Positions 1-7,397 of a stretch of 19,769 nucleotides of DNA are shown one piece after another; position 1 is the first letter of the stretch; the number at the start of each line of letters is the position of its first letter. Source of the stretch: an uncultured archaeon (GTDB taxonomy: Archaea > Hadarchaeota > Hadarchaeia > Hadarchaeales > WYZ-LMO6); contig CALJER010000049.1 of assembly GCA_938074535.1 (NCBI GenBank), positions 1 through 19,769 of the forward strand, read 5' to 3'. Both the position numbers and the translations under genes were made by a program. The notes under the pieces were generated by a model. That model made no database searches and was not told the DNA's origin. It was given only the letters and a program-made list of their open reading frames with translations.

Positions 1-743
1 AGCTCGGTGCGCATGTCCATGATCACGTCCCTCACCCCCATCCCCCAGTCGTAGGGGTCCCAGTAGTACTTGGGCACGTCCCTCACCTTCACCCCCGTCC
101 TGAGGTGCCTGCGGTTCAGCCTGTCGTCCAGCTCCTCCTTGGTGGCAGGAACCGTCGTCCAGATGCCCGCGGTGGTGAGGAAAGACTTCTCGTCCTCCTC
201 GTCGAAGTACTGGGAGATGTCCCTGGAGATTCCAACCACCCAGCCGCGAACCGAAAGACCGTCCTCGTTGTGAGCCCCCACAATCCAGTAGACCTCACGG
301 GTGAAATCGTCCACGTGCACGTACTCCACGGTGGCGTACTTGCCGTAGAGCATCTGACAGGTGCTCTTCCCCACGTCCGGCCTGCAGAGGTAGGCCGGGG
401 GGTGGCTCAGGTAGCAAAGGTTGTCCATGTGGTAGAGCTCCTCCCTGGAGGGCGGGTTCTTCAGCACCCTGCCAGAGGTTTCCACCGCCTGTTCTATGCG
501 GTGGGCCCACTCCACGAAGTTCTCGTACTTGAGCCTCTGCCACCTCTCGGGGGTCATGCCCAGGTGCCTGAAGATGTGCCTCCAGACCGGCATGGAGGAG
601 AAGATTTCGAGGCTGAGGGGGACCTGGCCGGGGAAGGGGTTGATGGAGCTGAGGTACTGCCAGATCCTGTCCAGCCCCATGTGCCTGATCCACTCCTCCC
701 ACTCCGCCTTCTCCCTGGCGCTCCCTTCCTCCATCGTTTCCAT
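1..743 (-). CDS. Hypothetical protein, >247 aa, 3' end beyond the window edge
   Basis: Translated by hand because it is missing from the ORF track (no stop in the window). ATG at 743 opens a frame to position 1: METMEEGSAREKAEWEEWIRHMGLDRIWQYL...LCYLSHPPAYLCRPDVGKSTCQMLYGKY...PKYYWDPYDWGMGVRDVIMDMRTE. Strong G/C third-position bias like neighbouring genes; in-frame TGA just upstream. No family recognised. Confidence 0.8.
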   Translation of the reverse strand, partial: METMEEGSAREKAEWEEWIRHMGLDRIWQYLSSINPFPGQVPLSLEIFSSMPVWRHIFRHLGMTPERWQRLKYENFVEWAHRIEQAVETSGRVLKNPPSREELYHMDNLCYLSHPPAYLCRPDVGKSTCQMLYGKYATVEYVHVDDFTREVYWIVGAHNEDGLSVRGWVVGISRDISQYFDEEDEKSFLTTAGIWTTVPATKEELDDRLNRRHLRTGVKVRDVPKYYWDPYDWGMGVRDVIMDMRTE

Positions 744-842
744 CCTTTCGCCTCACAGCTCAGGAGGAGCTTGGAGGGGAGGCCCTTCCACCGTCCAGGA
801 AATCAAGCTCTGGGAGGGATCGGAGCTCCAAGCTTCCCTCGA

Positions 843-865
843 ACTGTTTCTTGATCAGAAACAGT
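843..865. promoter_or_regulatory. Perfect 9-bp inverted repeat, candidate transcription-factor operator
   Basis: ACTGTTTCT-tgatc-AGAAACAGT in the divergent intergenic region, about 25 nt downstream of a minus-strand TATA-like box. Confidence 0.45.
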
Positions 866-889
866 GACACAAAAAACATGGGGAGGCGA

Positions 890-897
890 GTATTAAG
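890..897 (-). promoter_or_regulatory. TATA-like box for the leftward hypothetical gene
   Basis: Minus strand reads CTTAATAC in an intergenic region. Confidence 0.35.
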
Positions 898-952
898 CTG
901 TTTCCTCGAAAGGTTTTCTGCCTGGGGGCTAAATCTAGTTTTCTCCGGCGGG

Positions 953-960
953 CTTTATAC
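953..960 (+). promoter_or_regulatory. TATA-like box upstream of the acyl-CoA ligase remnant
   Basis: CTTTATAC, about 28 nt before a GTG at 988. Confidence 0.4.
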
Positions 961-987
961 GCAGGAATCCCAAGTGGAAGGGAGAAA

Positions 988-1773
988 GTGGGGGAGGAGG
1001 AGACCTGCGGGAGGGGAGGGGGGGCGGAGAGAGAAAACCAAATTTTGGAAGCTCTCCCAGAGTTATCGGAAGCGGAGCAGGCGATTGGATAAATACGCTG
1101 GTAAAACAGCGGGAAACAGCAAATTTTGAAGAGGTGATGAAATACCCCAGAGTTTTTTTTGGGTTTGAAGGAACCTGGAAAGACCCCAGCCGATCTGCTT
1201 GCGTCCTCATGGGAGTCATTCGGGGATAGGGAAGCGATCATCTCCGGGAACAAAGGTTGGGAAAAACCACAGGGGCGGTGGTGTAAAAATTTTTGATGAG
1301 GAGGGAAAGGAGTGCCCTCCGAGCAAAGTGGGACTGGTCCAATTAATCAGGGAAAGCGTTCGGGTGACAGAGGGAAAGGAACGGTACAACGATGGTCTTT
1401 TTGGCCATCCAGATGAAGACGGTTTCCTCTACCTGGTGGGCAGGCAGAAGGAGGCGGTAATGGTGGGAGGGGTGAACATCTTTCCGAACGAGATCGAGAT
1501 GGTGATCCCCAAACATCAAGTTCTTGATGTTGCCGCGACCAGCGCTTCCGAAAAAGATCTTGGAGAAATTCCGGCCGCAGTAGTTCAACTAAAGGAGGAA
1601 GAAAAAATGAGCGGGGAAGAGCTGATAGAGCACTGCAGGAAAAACGGTTTGTACGGGTTCGAAATTCCCGGGATAGTTGAGTTCGCTGATGAATTACCCA
1701 AAACCCCCACGCGAAAACTTTGAAAAGAGAGCTGGAGGCGAAGTACTGGAAAGGGATCGAGAGGAAAGGATGA
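988..1773 (+). pseudogene. Degraded AMP-forming acyl-CoA synthetase (long-chain fatty acid-CoA ligase-like)
   Basis: An N-terminal-like piece (ASSWESFGDREAIISGNK, from 1201) is in one frame. C-terminal AMP-binding motifs (GVKIFDEEGKECPP, DEDGFLYLVGRQKE, GGVNIFPNEIE, LPKTPTRKL) are in another. A frameshift at ~1720 continues as KRELEAKYWKGIERKG* (TGA 1771-1773). The central several hundred residues, including the AMP-binding P-loop, are absent. The 5' boundary is uncertain. Confidence 0.8.
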
Positions 1774-2020
1774 CTGCATGAGCTTCATTTGATCAACACG
1801 GACAGAAATCCTGGAGGGAAAAGAAGAAACAAGGGTGGGGTGCTAGGCTTGGTCTCTCACCCCCGACAGGAGGGCTCCCCAAGGGGATGAAGAGCCGACT
1901 GGTGATAATTTCCTCACCGTCCTGAGCGGGCTCGGGACCGAAGTGCTTGCCGCTCGCGCGGCCCTTTCCAACCTTCAGCGACTCGCTACCTATAAGACCC
2001 TTTTCTCCCTGAGAGAAAGG

Positions 2021-2821
2021 ATGCCGCGCAAACCCGCCCTTCTCCCGAGGCTGGCCGCTGCCTTCGCACTGGGTCTGCTCTGCGGTTTCCTGGGCTACCA
2101 CCTCCTCCTCTCCCTCCCGCCCTCCGTCCAGCATGGGGGCACGGTGAACCTGGAGGGATGGCTGGAGAACTCCGGATCCACCATACCCATCGTGGCCGTG
2201 AGCTCGGGGGAGAACCCCACGGGGGTGGTGTGCACGCTTGCCGTCAAAATCAAACCGGGAGACGGCTACGTGTACCTCAGCGTGGACCCCATGCTGGTGG
2301 GCTTCGACTTCCAGGACTCAGACAGGAGGGCGGTGAGGGTGGCGGGGTCCCTGACGGGCTATGCCCTGGACGAGGACGGGGTGGGGCTGAAGGGATACGA
2401 CCTCTACTTCCTGGTGGCGGGGCCGGGGGAGGAGGTGAGGGTGGAGGCCATAGACGGCCCCAGCGCCGGAGCAGCCACCGCCCTGGCCATACTGGCCATC
2501 CTGGAGAACCGAAGGATAAGGGAGGGTTACGTGATCACGGGGACCGTGGAGGAGGACGGGAAGATAGGGCAGGTGGGCGGAATCTTCTACAAGGCCCAGG
2601 CCGCGGCGAGGAAGGGGGCCACCCACTTCCTGGTGCCCAGAGGGCAGAGCAGGGTGACGGTGTACGAGCAGGTGACCTACGAGTTCTTTCCCGGATGGCG
2701 CTGGATCACCTACCGCCCCAGGACGGTGGACCTGAACACCTATTCTCAGGAAAAGGGGTGGGGCCTGCGGGTGCTGGAGGTCTCCACGGTGGAGGAGGCG
2801 GCAAGCCTCATGCTGGAGTGA
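2021..2821 (+). CDS. Membrane-anchored or exported S16 (Lon C-terminal proteolytic domain) serine protease, no ATPase domain
   Basis: IDGPSAG catalytic Ser motif; ITGTVEEDGKIGQVGGIFYKAQAA with the catalytic Lys; hydrophobic N-terminal segment. Start placed at ATG 2021, with TATAAG at 1991-1996. Confidence 0.88.
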   Translation: MPRKPALLPRLAAAFALGLLCGFLGYHLLLSLPPSVQHGGTVNLEGWLENSGSTIPIVAVSSGENPTGVVCTLAVKIKPGDGYVYLSVDPMLVGFDFQDSDRRAVRVAGSLTGYALDEDGVGLKGYDLYFLVAGPGEEVRVEAIDGPSAGAATALAILAILENRRIREGYVITGTVEEDGKIGQVGGIFYKAQAAARKGATHFLVPRGQSRVTVYEQVTYEFFPGWRWITYRPRTVDLNTYSQEKGWGLRVLEVSTVEEAASLMLE

Positions 2822-3352
2822 CTATTTTCTGGGGGGTCTGAAGAAGTAAAGCAGGTGTTCCAGCAGGTCGGGGGGCAGCACGCCGCTCCCCAATCCCATC
2901 TCGTCCAGGTAGTAGAGCCTGCCCTTCTTCACCCCGAAGTTGGGCATCTTCACATCCAGCACATACCCCTCCTCCGCAGCCTCCAGGATGAACCGCAGCA
3001 CCCTTCCCAGCTCCTTCACGGACCGGTACTTCAGGGGCTTCACGTACTCGTGGAAGGAAAGGGGGACGACCTGCCTCCTCCTCCCCCGCTCCACGTAACT
3101 CACCACCAGCCCGTAATACCTGGGAAGGAAGGATACCTTCCTGTGCGCCTCCCTTATCCTGGCATCCAGCTCCCTGGGCTTCAGGAGAGGATTCTTCCCC
3201 GCATACCTCCCCTTGTAGGCCTTCACCACCAGGGGGCCCGCCCTGAACACGCTCTTGAAGAGGCCCTCCCCGATGAGAACGACCCTTCCCCTGACACACG
3301 GTATCCCCACTTTTTGTTTCCTCGAAGCGAAGGCCGCTTTCATTCCCTCCAT
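2822..3352 (-). CDS. Small protein-kinase-like fold protein (~176 aa)
   Basis: Gly-rich loop IGEGLFKSVF, VVK lysine, LPRYYG, HEYV hinge, catalytic loop LDVKMPNF, metal-binding YLDEMG. Start could be 3385, 3352 or 3343; a TTTATC box at ~3371-3376 favours 3352 or 3343. Confidence 0.7.
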   Translation of the reverse strand: MEGMKAAFASRKQKVGIPCVRGRVVLIGEGLFKSVFRAGPLVVKAYKGRYAGKNPLLKPRELDARIREAHRKVSFLPRYYGLVVSYVERGRRRQVVPLSFHEYVKPLKYRSVKELGRVLRFILEAAEEGYVLDVKMPNFGVKKGRLYYLDEMGLGSGVLPPDLLEHLLYFFRPPRK

Positions 3353-3460
3353 CACCCTTCCCCGGAAGGGATAAAGCCTCACCACCCTCCGCCAGAGGGA
3401 GGGGCGAGGAAGAGGCTTTCGAGGACCGAGCGAGGCGATGAGGAGGAAGGGCTGAGCCCC

Positions 3461-3877
3461 TCACCCCACATAGGAGGGCTTGTCCTCTTTTCCCTCGGAG
3501 GGCCTGGAGAGGAGCGGGAGGGGCAGGGGAGGGGGGAGCTGAAGGGAGCGGGAGAGGATGGTGGCCTCCACGAGCACGGCGCCCATCAGGGGCTGGAGGA
3601 GCTCCAGGGGAGGAGCCCTCTGCTTCCCGTAGTCCTCCACCACCTTCCCCAGCTCCTCACGCTCGCCCGTGAGGAAGGCCTTACCCCTGAGGTTCATCTG
3701 GGCCACGGAGGGGGAGTAGTGGATAGAGACGGTGAAGGAGACCACCACCCTTTCCCCCTCGGGCCTCACCTCCGTCAGGCTGAGGTTGGTGGAGAGGTGC
3801 ATCTCGCGCGGGAAAGGTTTTCCGTACTCCCAGAGCCTTTCGGCGGAGAGGTGCTCCAGCCTCACGGAAATCTCCAT
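3461..3877 (-). CDS. Conserved archaeal hypothetical protein, probably SecB-like fold (138 aa)
   Basis: MEISVRLEHLSAER...FTVSIHYSPSVAQMNLRGKAFL...QLPPPLPLP...SYVG; alternating beta-strand pattern and a LPPP(I/L)PLP tail as I recall for this archaeal family; GGAGG RBS upstream of ATG 3877. Confidence 0.65.
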   Translation of the reverse strand: MEISVRLEHLSAERLWEYGKPFPREMHLSTNLSLTEVRPEGERVVVSFTVSIHYSPSVAQMNLRGKAFLTGEREELGKVVEDYGKQRAPPLELLQPLMGAVLVEATILSRSLQLPPPLPLPLLSRPSEGKEDKPSYVG

Positions 3878-3930
3878 CGTCCTCCTTCCCCCTGCGTCCC
3901 TTTTAATCCGGCGGTCGGCGGGACGGATGT

Positions 3931-3938
3931 TTTTTAAG
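3931..3938 (+). promoter_or_regulatory. TATA box of the tRNA-Trp gene
   Basis: TTTTTAAG ending 20 nt before the mature tRNA 5' end. Confidence 0.6.
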
Positions 3939-3958
3939 GAAGATGGGGGAGAAGAGAA

Positions 3959-4090
3959 GGGGCCGTGGTGTAGCTTGGTAGCACAGCAGGCTCCAGTGAA
4001 GCGGTGTGGGTCTGCTGACGGAAAGGATGATGTATCACTGGAGCTCGGAGAGACCTGCAAACCCGGGTTCAAATCCTGGCGGCCCCACCA
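3959..4090 (+). tRNA. trnW: tRNA-Trp (CCA) with a 56-nt intron at 37/38 (3997-4052); 3' CCA encoded
   Basis: Acceptor stem GGGGCCG/CGGCCCC then A-CCA; D arm GTGTAGCTTGGTAGCAC; anticodon stem GCAGG/CCTGC with CT-CCA-G; T arm CCGGG-TTCAAAT-CCTGG. Bulge-helix-bulge: CTCC (3991-3994) pairs with GGAG (4047-4050), bulges AG^T and AG^A. Confidence 0.97.
3996..4052 (+). ncRNA. Intron-encoded box C/D guide sRNA, predicted to direct 2'-O-methylation of C34 and C39 of pre-tRNA-Trp
   Basis: Box C GTGAAGC (3996-4002), D' CTGA (4015-4018), C' ATGATGT (4027-4033), D CGGA (4046-4049). The D guide (4035-4044) is complementary to 3990-3999 and its +5 base pairs with C34. The D' guide (4005-4013) pairs with 4051-4059 and its +5 base pairs with C39. 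Confidence 0.9.
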
Positions 4091-4150
4091 TCCAATCTGC
4101 CCGGCCAGGGTATAGGGCGGTATGAACTCCACATTTCCCGGAGCCTGGAG

Positions 4151-4166
4151 CAAAAGTTTTTTATAC
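4151..4166 (+). promoter_or_regulatory. BRE-TATA promoter of etfBA, probably leaderless
   Basis: CAAAAGTTTTTTATAC about 20 nt before ATG 4187; no RBS. Confidence 0.6.
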
Positions 4167-4186
4167 GCAAAGAGGGCAAAAAAGCG

Positions 4187-4978
4187 ATGCGCGTCGTGGT
4201 GTGCATCAAGCAGGTTTTTGATCCTGCAGAGCTCAAGGTTGACCCCAGCACCCGTCTCCTGGTCACGGATGGAGTTTCCAGGAAAATAAGCGACTTCGAT
4301 AAGAACGCCATAGAGGAGGCCGTGAAGCTCAAGGAAAAGCAGAAGGCAGAGACCTTCGTGATAACCATGGGGCCCGCCGATGCCATGAGGGCCCTCAGGG
4401 AGGCCCTGGCCATGGGAATCGACAACGCCTACCTGCTCAGCGATCCCGCCTTCGAGAACTCCGATACCCTCGCCACCGCCAGGGTGCTGGCGGCGGCGAT
4501 AAGGAAGATAGGGAACGTGGACCTCGTTCTCCTGGCCGAGGCGAGCATGGACGGCTACTCGGGGATGGTGGGTCCGAGGCTGGCCGCCCTCCTCAACCTT
4601 CCCCAGCTCACCTACGTGAGGAACATCGTGTCGGTGGGAGACGGGAAGATCGTGGTTGAGAGGGATCTGGAGGAGGGCTACGAGGTGGTGGAGGCCAAGC
4701 TCCCCGCGGTGGTCACGGTCACCAAGGAGATCAACGAGCCCAGGTTCGCCACCCTGCCCAAGATCATGGCAGCCTCAAAGAAGAAGGTGGACACCTGGGG
4801 GGCCGCCGAGCTGGGGCTCAAGAGCGAAGAGGTGGGGCTCGCCGGGTCGGCCATCCAGGTGATGAAGGCCGAAGCACCGGTGATGGGCAGGAAGAACGTG
4901 ATCTTCCAGGGTGAGCTCCCCCAGCAGGTGGAGGAGCTGGTGAAAGTCCTCGTGAAGGAGGGACTGCTGAAGGTGTGA
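4187..4978 (+). CDS. etfB: Electron transfer flavoprotein beta subunit (FixA family)
   Basis: VVVCIKQV, DKNAIEEAVKLKE, MGP, ALAMGID, DTLATA, DGYSGMVGP, INEPRF motifs. Confidence 0.96.
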   Translation: MRVVVCIKQVFDPAELKVDPSTRLLVTDGVSRKISDFDKNAIEEAVKLKEKQKAETFVITMGPADAMRALREALAMGIDNAYLLSDPAFENSDTLATARVLAAAIRKIGNVDLVLLAEASMDGYSGMVGPRLAALLNLPQLTYVRNIVSVGDGKIVVERDLEEGYEVVEAKLPAVVTVTKEINEPRFATLPKIMAASKKKVDTWGAAELGLKSEEVGLAGSAIQVMKAEAPVMGRKNVIFQGELPQQVEELVKVLVKEGLLKV

Positions 4979-4980
4979 GG

Positions 4981-5946
4981 ATGACGGTGCTCGTCTTCTC
5001 CGAAAACCTGGAGGTGGCCGCCGAGCTCCTGGGGAAGGGCCAGGAGCTGGCCAGGGAGCTGGGAACCAAACTCGCCGCCGCCCTGGTGGGCAGCGGGGTG
5101 AAGGGCAAGGAGGGTGAGCTCTTCGCCTACGGCGCCGAAGTGGTCTACGTGGTCGACCATCCCTCCCTCTCCCCCTTCCTGCCCGAGACCTACACCGAAG
5201 CCCTGGTCAGGGTGGTGGAGGAGGCCAAACCTGAGGTCGTGCTGATGGGTGCCACCAAGCGGGGGAGGGAAACCGCTCCCAGGGTGGCCACCAGGCTGAA
5301 CGTGGGGTGCGCGGCCGGGGCCACGAGCCTGAGGATAGACAGGGAGAAGAAGCTCCTCATAGCGGAGCGGCCCGCCATCTCCGCGATGGTGGTGGCCACG
5401 GAGTTCTCGAAGACCAAACCGCAGATCGCCACGGTTCCTCCCCGGACCTTCGAGAAGCCCCCCAGGGACGACTCGCGGAAGGGGGAGGTGGTGGAGGTGA
5501 AGGTGGAGGTGCCCGCCGTGGAAAAGAAGGTGCTGGAGCTGAAGAAGAAGGAAGTGAAGGGGATAAAGATAGAGGACGCGGAGCTCATCACCTCCTGCGG
5601 GAGAGGGTTCAGGAAGAAGGAGGATTTGAAGCTGCTGGAGGAACTGGCGGGCCTGATGGGGGCCACGCTGGGATGCTCCAGACCCATAGCCGCGGACCTC
5701 AAGTGGCTTCCCGAGGACCACTGGGTGGGCCTCTCAGGGCACAAGGTGAAGCCCAGGATGTACATGGCCGTGGGCATCTCCGGGCAGGTTCAGCACCTCG
5801 CGGGAATGAGGGACTCCAAGATCATCGTGGCCATCAACAAGGATCCGGAAGCGCCCATCTTCAAGGTGGCCGACTACGGGATCGTGGGGGACCTGTACCA
5901 GGTGATCCCAGCCCTCATCAACTACCTGAAGAGCAGGAAGGGCTGA
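4981..5946 (+). CDS. etfA: Electron transfer flavoprotein alpha subunit (FixB family)
   Basis: GRGF, LGCSRP, VGLSGHKVKP, AVGISGQVQHLAGM, AINKDPEAPIFKVADYGIVGDLY FAD-binding signature; follows etfB directly. Confidence 0.96.
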   Translation: MTVLVFSENLEVAAELLGKGQELARELGTKLAAALVGSGVKGKEGELFAYGAEVVYVVDHPSLSPFLPETYTEALVRVVEEAKPEVVLMGATKRGRETAPRVATRLNVGCAAGATSLRIDREKKLLIAERPAISAMVVATEFSKTKPQIATVPPRTFEKPPRDDSRKGEVVEVKVEVPAVEKKVLELKKKEVKGIKIEDAELITSCGRGFRKKEDLKLLEELAGLMGATLGCSRPIAADLKWLPEDHWVGLSGHKVKPRMYMAVGISGQVQHLAGMRDSKIIVAINKDPEAPIFKVADYGIVGDLYQVIPALINYLKSRKG

Positions 5947-7390
5947 TCCCCTTCCTGGATCTTTTCTCCCAGTAGTCCGCGAACCTCCTCAGGGCCCTGG
6001 CCGCCCTCTCCGCGGAGGGAAAGACGGGCAGACCCTCCTCCACCATCCTCCTCCTGATCTCCCCTATGGCCTCCCACCTCCATCTCCTCAGCTCCCTGGA
6101 GTCCACACCCGCCGAGGGCACCACCGCGAGCAGGGGCCTGCCCCTGCGCCTGAACCTCAGGAGCCCGTTCACCTGCTCCTCCATCCAGAACCTCCACACC
6201 TCCTCGGGCAGCGGATCGTCCTCCGTGAGGTTGAAGACGAAGAAGTCGAAGTCCCCGCTGTCGTCCATCATCTCCAGCCACTCCTGGGGCATCACCGGAC
6301 GCTCCTGGAGGATGGAGAAGTCCACGGGATTCCCCACCCAGTCCCACTCCCCCGGGCACATCTCCTTGAGCTTCTCCCTGAGGGAGGGGCCCAGGTCCGG
6401 CAGCTCAAAACCTTCCCTCTCCCACAGGTCGGCCGAAAGCACGCTCTTCCCCCCTCCCCCTCCCAGGACCGCCACCCTCCTCCCGGTCGAAGGGGGGAGG
6501 AAGGCGAAGGCCACGAGCTGGTCCAGGAGCTCGTCGAAGCTGTCCACCTCCACGGCCCCGCAGCTCCTCAGGACCGCCCCCCACACCTCCTCCCTCCCGG
6601 CCACCGAGGCGGTGTGGGAGCGGATGGCCCTGGCCCCCGTCTTCCCCCTTCCCCCCCTCAGCACCACCACGGGCTTCTTCTCCGCCGCCTCCCTGAGGGC
6701 GCCGACGAACTTTCTGCCGTCCCTCACCCCCTCCAGGTACACCGCCACCACCCTTGTGGAAGGATGCCAGGAGAAGTACCGGAGGAGCTCGGACTCGTCC
6801 AGGTCCCTGCCGTTCCCGTAGCTCACCACCCTGCTGAACCTCAGCCCCCTCAGGTAGCCGTAGTGGACGAAGTCGGTGGAGAGGCCACCGCTCTGGAAGA
6901 TCCCCCCCACCGGGCCTGGCTCTTCGGGGAAAGAGTAGCCGTAGGTGAGGCCCACCTCCGGGTTGTAGAGGCCCATGCAGTTGGGGCCCAGCACCCTGAT
7001 GCCCAGCCTCCTCGCCTTCTCCACGATTTCCCTCTCCAGGGCCTCCCCGCCCTCCCTGCCCGTCTCCGACATCCTGGCCGTGAAGAGGTGTACGATCTTC
7101 ACCCCTTTCCTGGAGCACTCCTCCAGCAGGGAGGGCACCTTCTCGGAGGAGATGCTGCAGATGACGTAGTCCACCTGCTCGGGAAGGTCGGACAGGCTGG
7201 GATAAGTTTTAACCCCCAGCACCTCCTCCGCCCTGGGGTTCACGAAGAAGAATTTTCCCTTGAAGTCCTGCAGCAGATGGACGGCGTAGGCGTAGCCCCC
7301 CGAGTAAGGGTTGGGAGAGGCCCCCACCAGGGCCACGCTCCGGGGGCTGAAGAGCCTGTCCAGTTCCTGAGGGTCCGTGTTCTCCCCCAA
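5918..7390 (-). CDS. ADP-forming acyl-CoA synthetase alpha-subunit family (CoA-binding plus ligase domains, no ATP-grasp)
   Basis: LFSPRSVALVGAS, LGPNCMG, QSGG, VSYGN, YLEGVRDG, phospho-His motif SHTAS, GGGG, NPVD. TTG start 7 nt after the hdrB-like stop. Confidence 0.9.
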   Translation of the reverse strand: MGENTDPQELDRLFSPRSVALVGASPNPYSGGYAYAVHLLQDFKGKFFFVNPRAEEVLGVKTYPSLSDLPEQVDYVICSISSEKVPSLLEECSRKGVKIVHLFTARMSETGREGGEALEREIVEKARRLGIRVLGPNCMGLYNPEVGLTYGYSFPEEPGPVGGIFQSGGLSTDFVHYGYLRGLRFSRVVSYGNGRDLDESELLRYFSWHPSTRVVAVYLEGVRDGRKFVGALREAAEKKPVVVLRGGRGKTGARAIRSHTASVAGREEVWGAVLRSCGAVEVDSFDELLDQLVAFAFLPPSTGRRVAVLGGGGGKSVLSADLWEREGFELPDLGPSLREKLKEMCPGEWDWVGNPVDFSILQERPVMPQEWLEMMDDSGDFDFFVFNLTEDDPLPEEVWRFWMEEQVNGLLRFRRRGRPLLAVVPSAGVDSRELRRWRWEAIGEIRRRMVEEGLPVFPSAERAARALRRFADYWEKRSRKGISPSCSSGS

Positions 7391-7397
7391 AACTCTC

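Noticed and set aside
760-879. 39-codon minus-strand ORF (MFFVSLFLIKKQ...) upstream of the left gene
   Set aside because: No motif or RBS, and it starts too close to the TATA-like box to be on that transcript.
1721-1723. TGA as selenocysteine or readthrough in the ligase fragment
   Set aside because: Homology continues in a different frame (KRELEAKYW), so this is a frameshift, and the position is not a Cys site.
1832-1990. SRP RNA, RNase P RNA or H/ACA RNA in the spacer
   Set aside because: The SRP helix 8 and RNase P conserved motifs were not found. The hairpin before ACA is too short and lacks a K-turn/K-loop.
3959-4150. tRNA as an integration site for a mobile element
   Set aside because: No integrase and no duplicated tRNA 3' end seen in the window; flanking genes have host-like composition.
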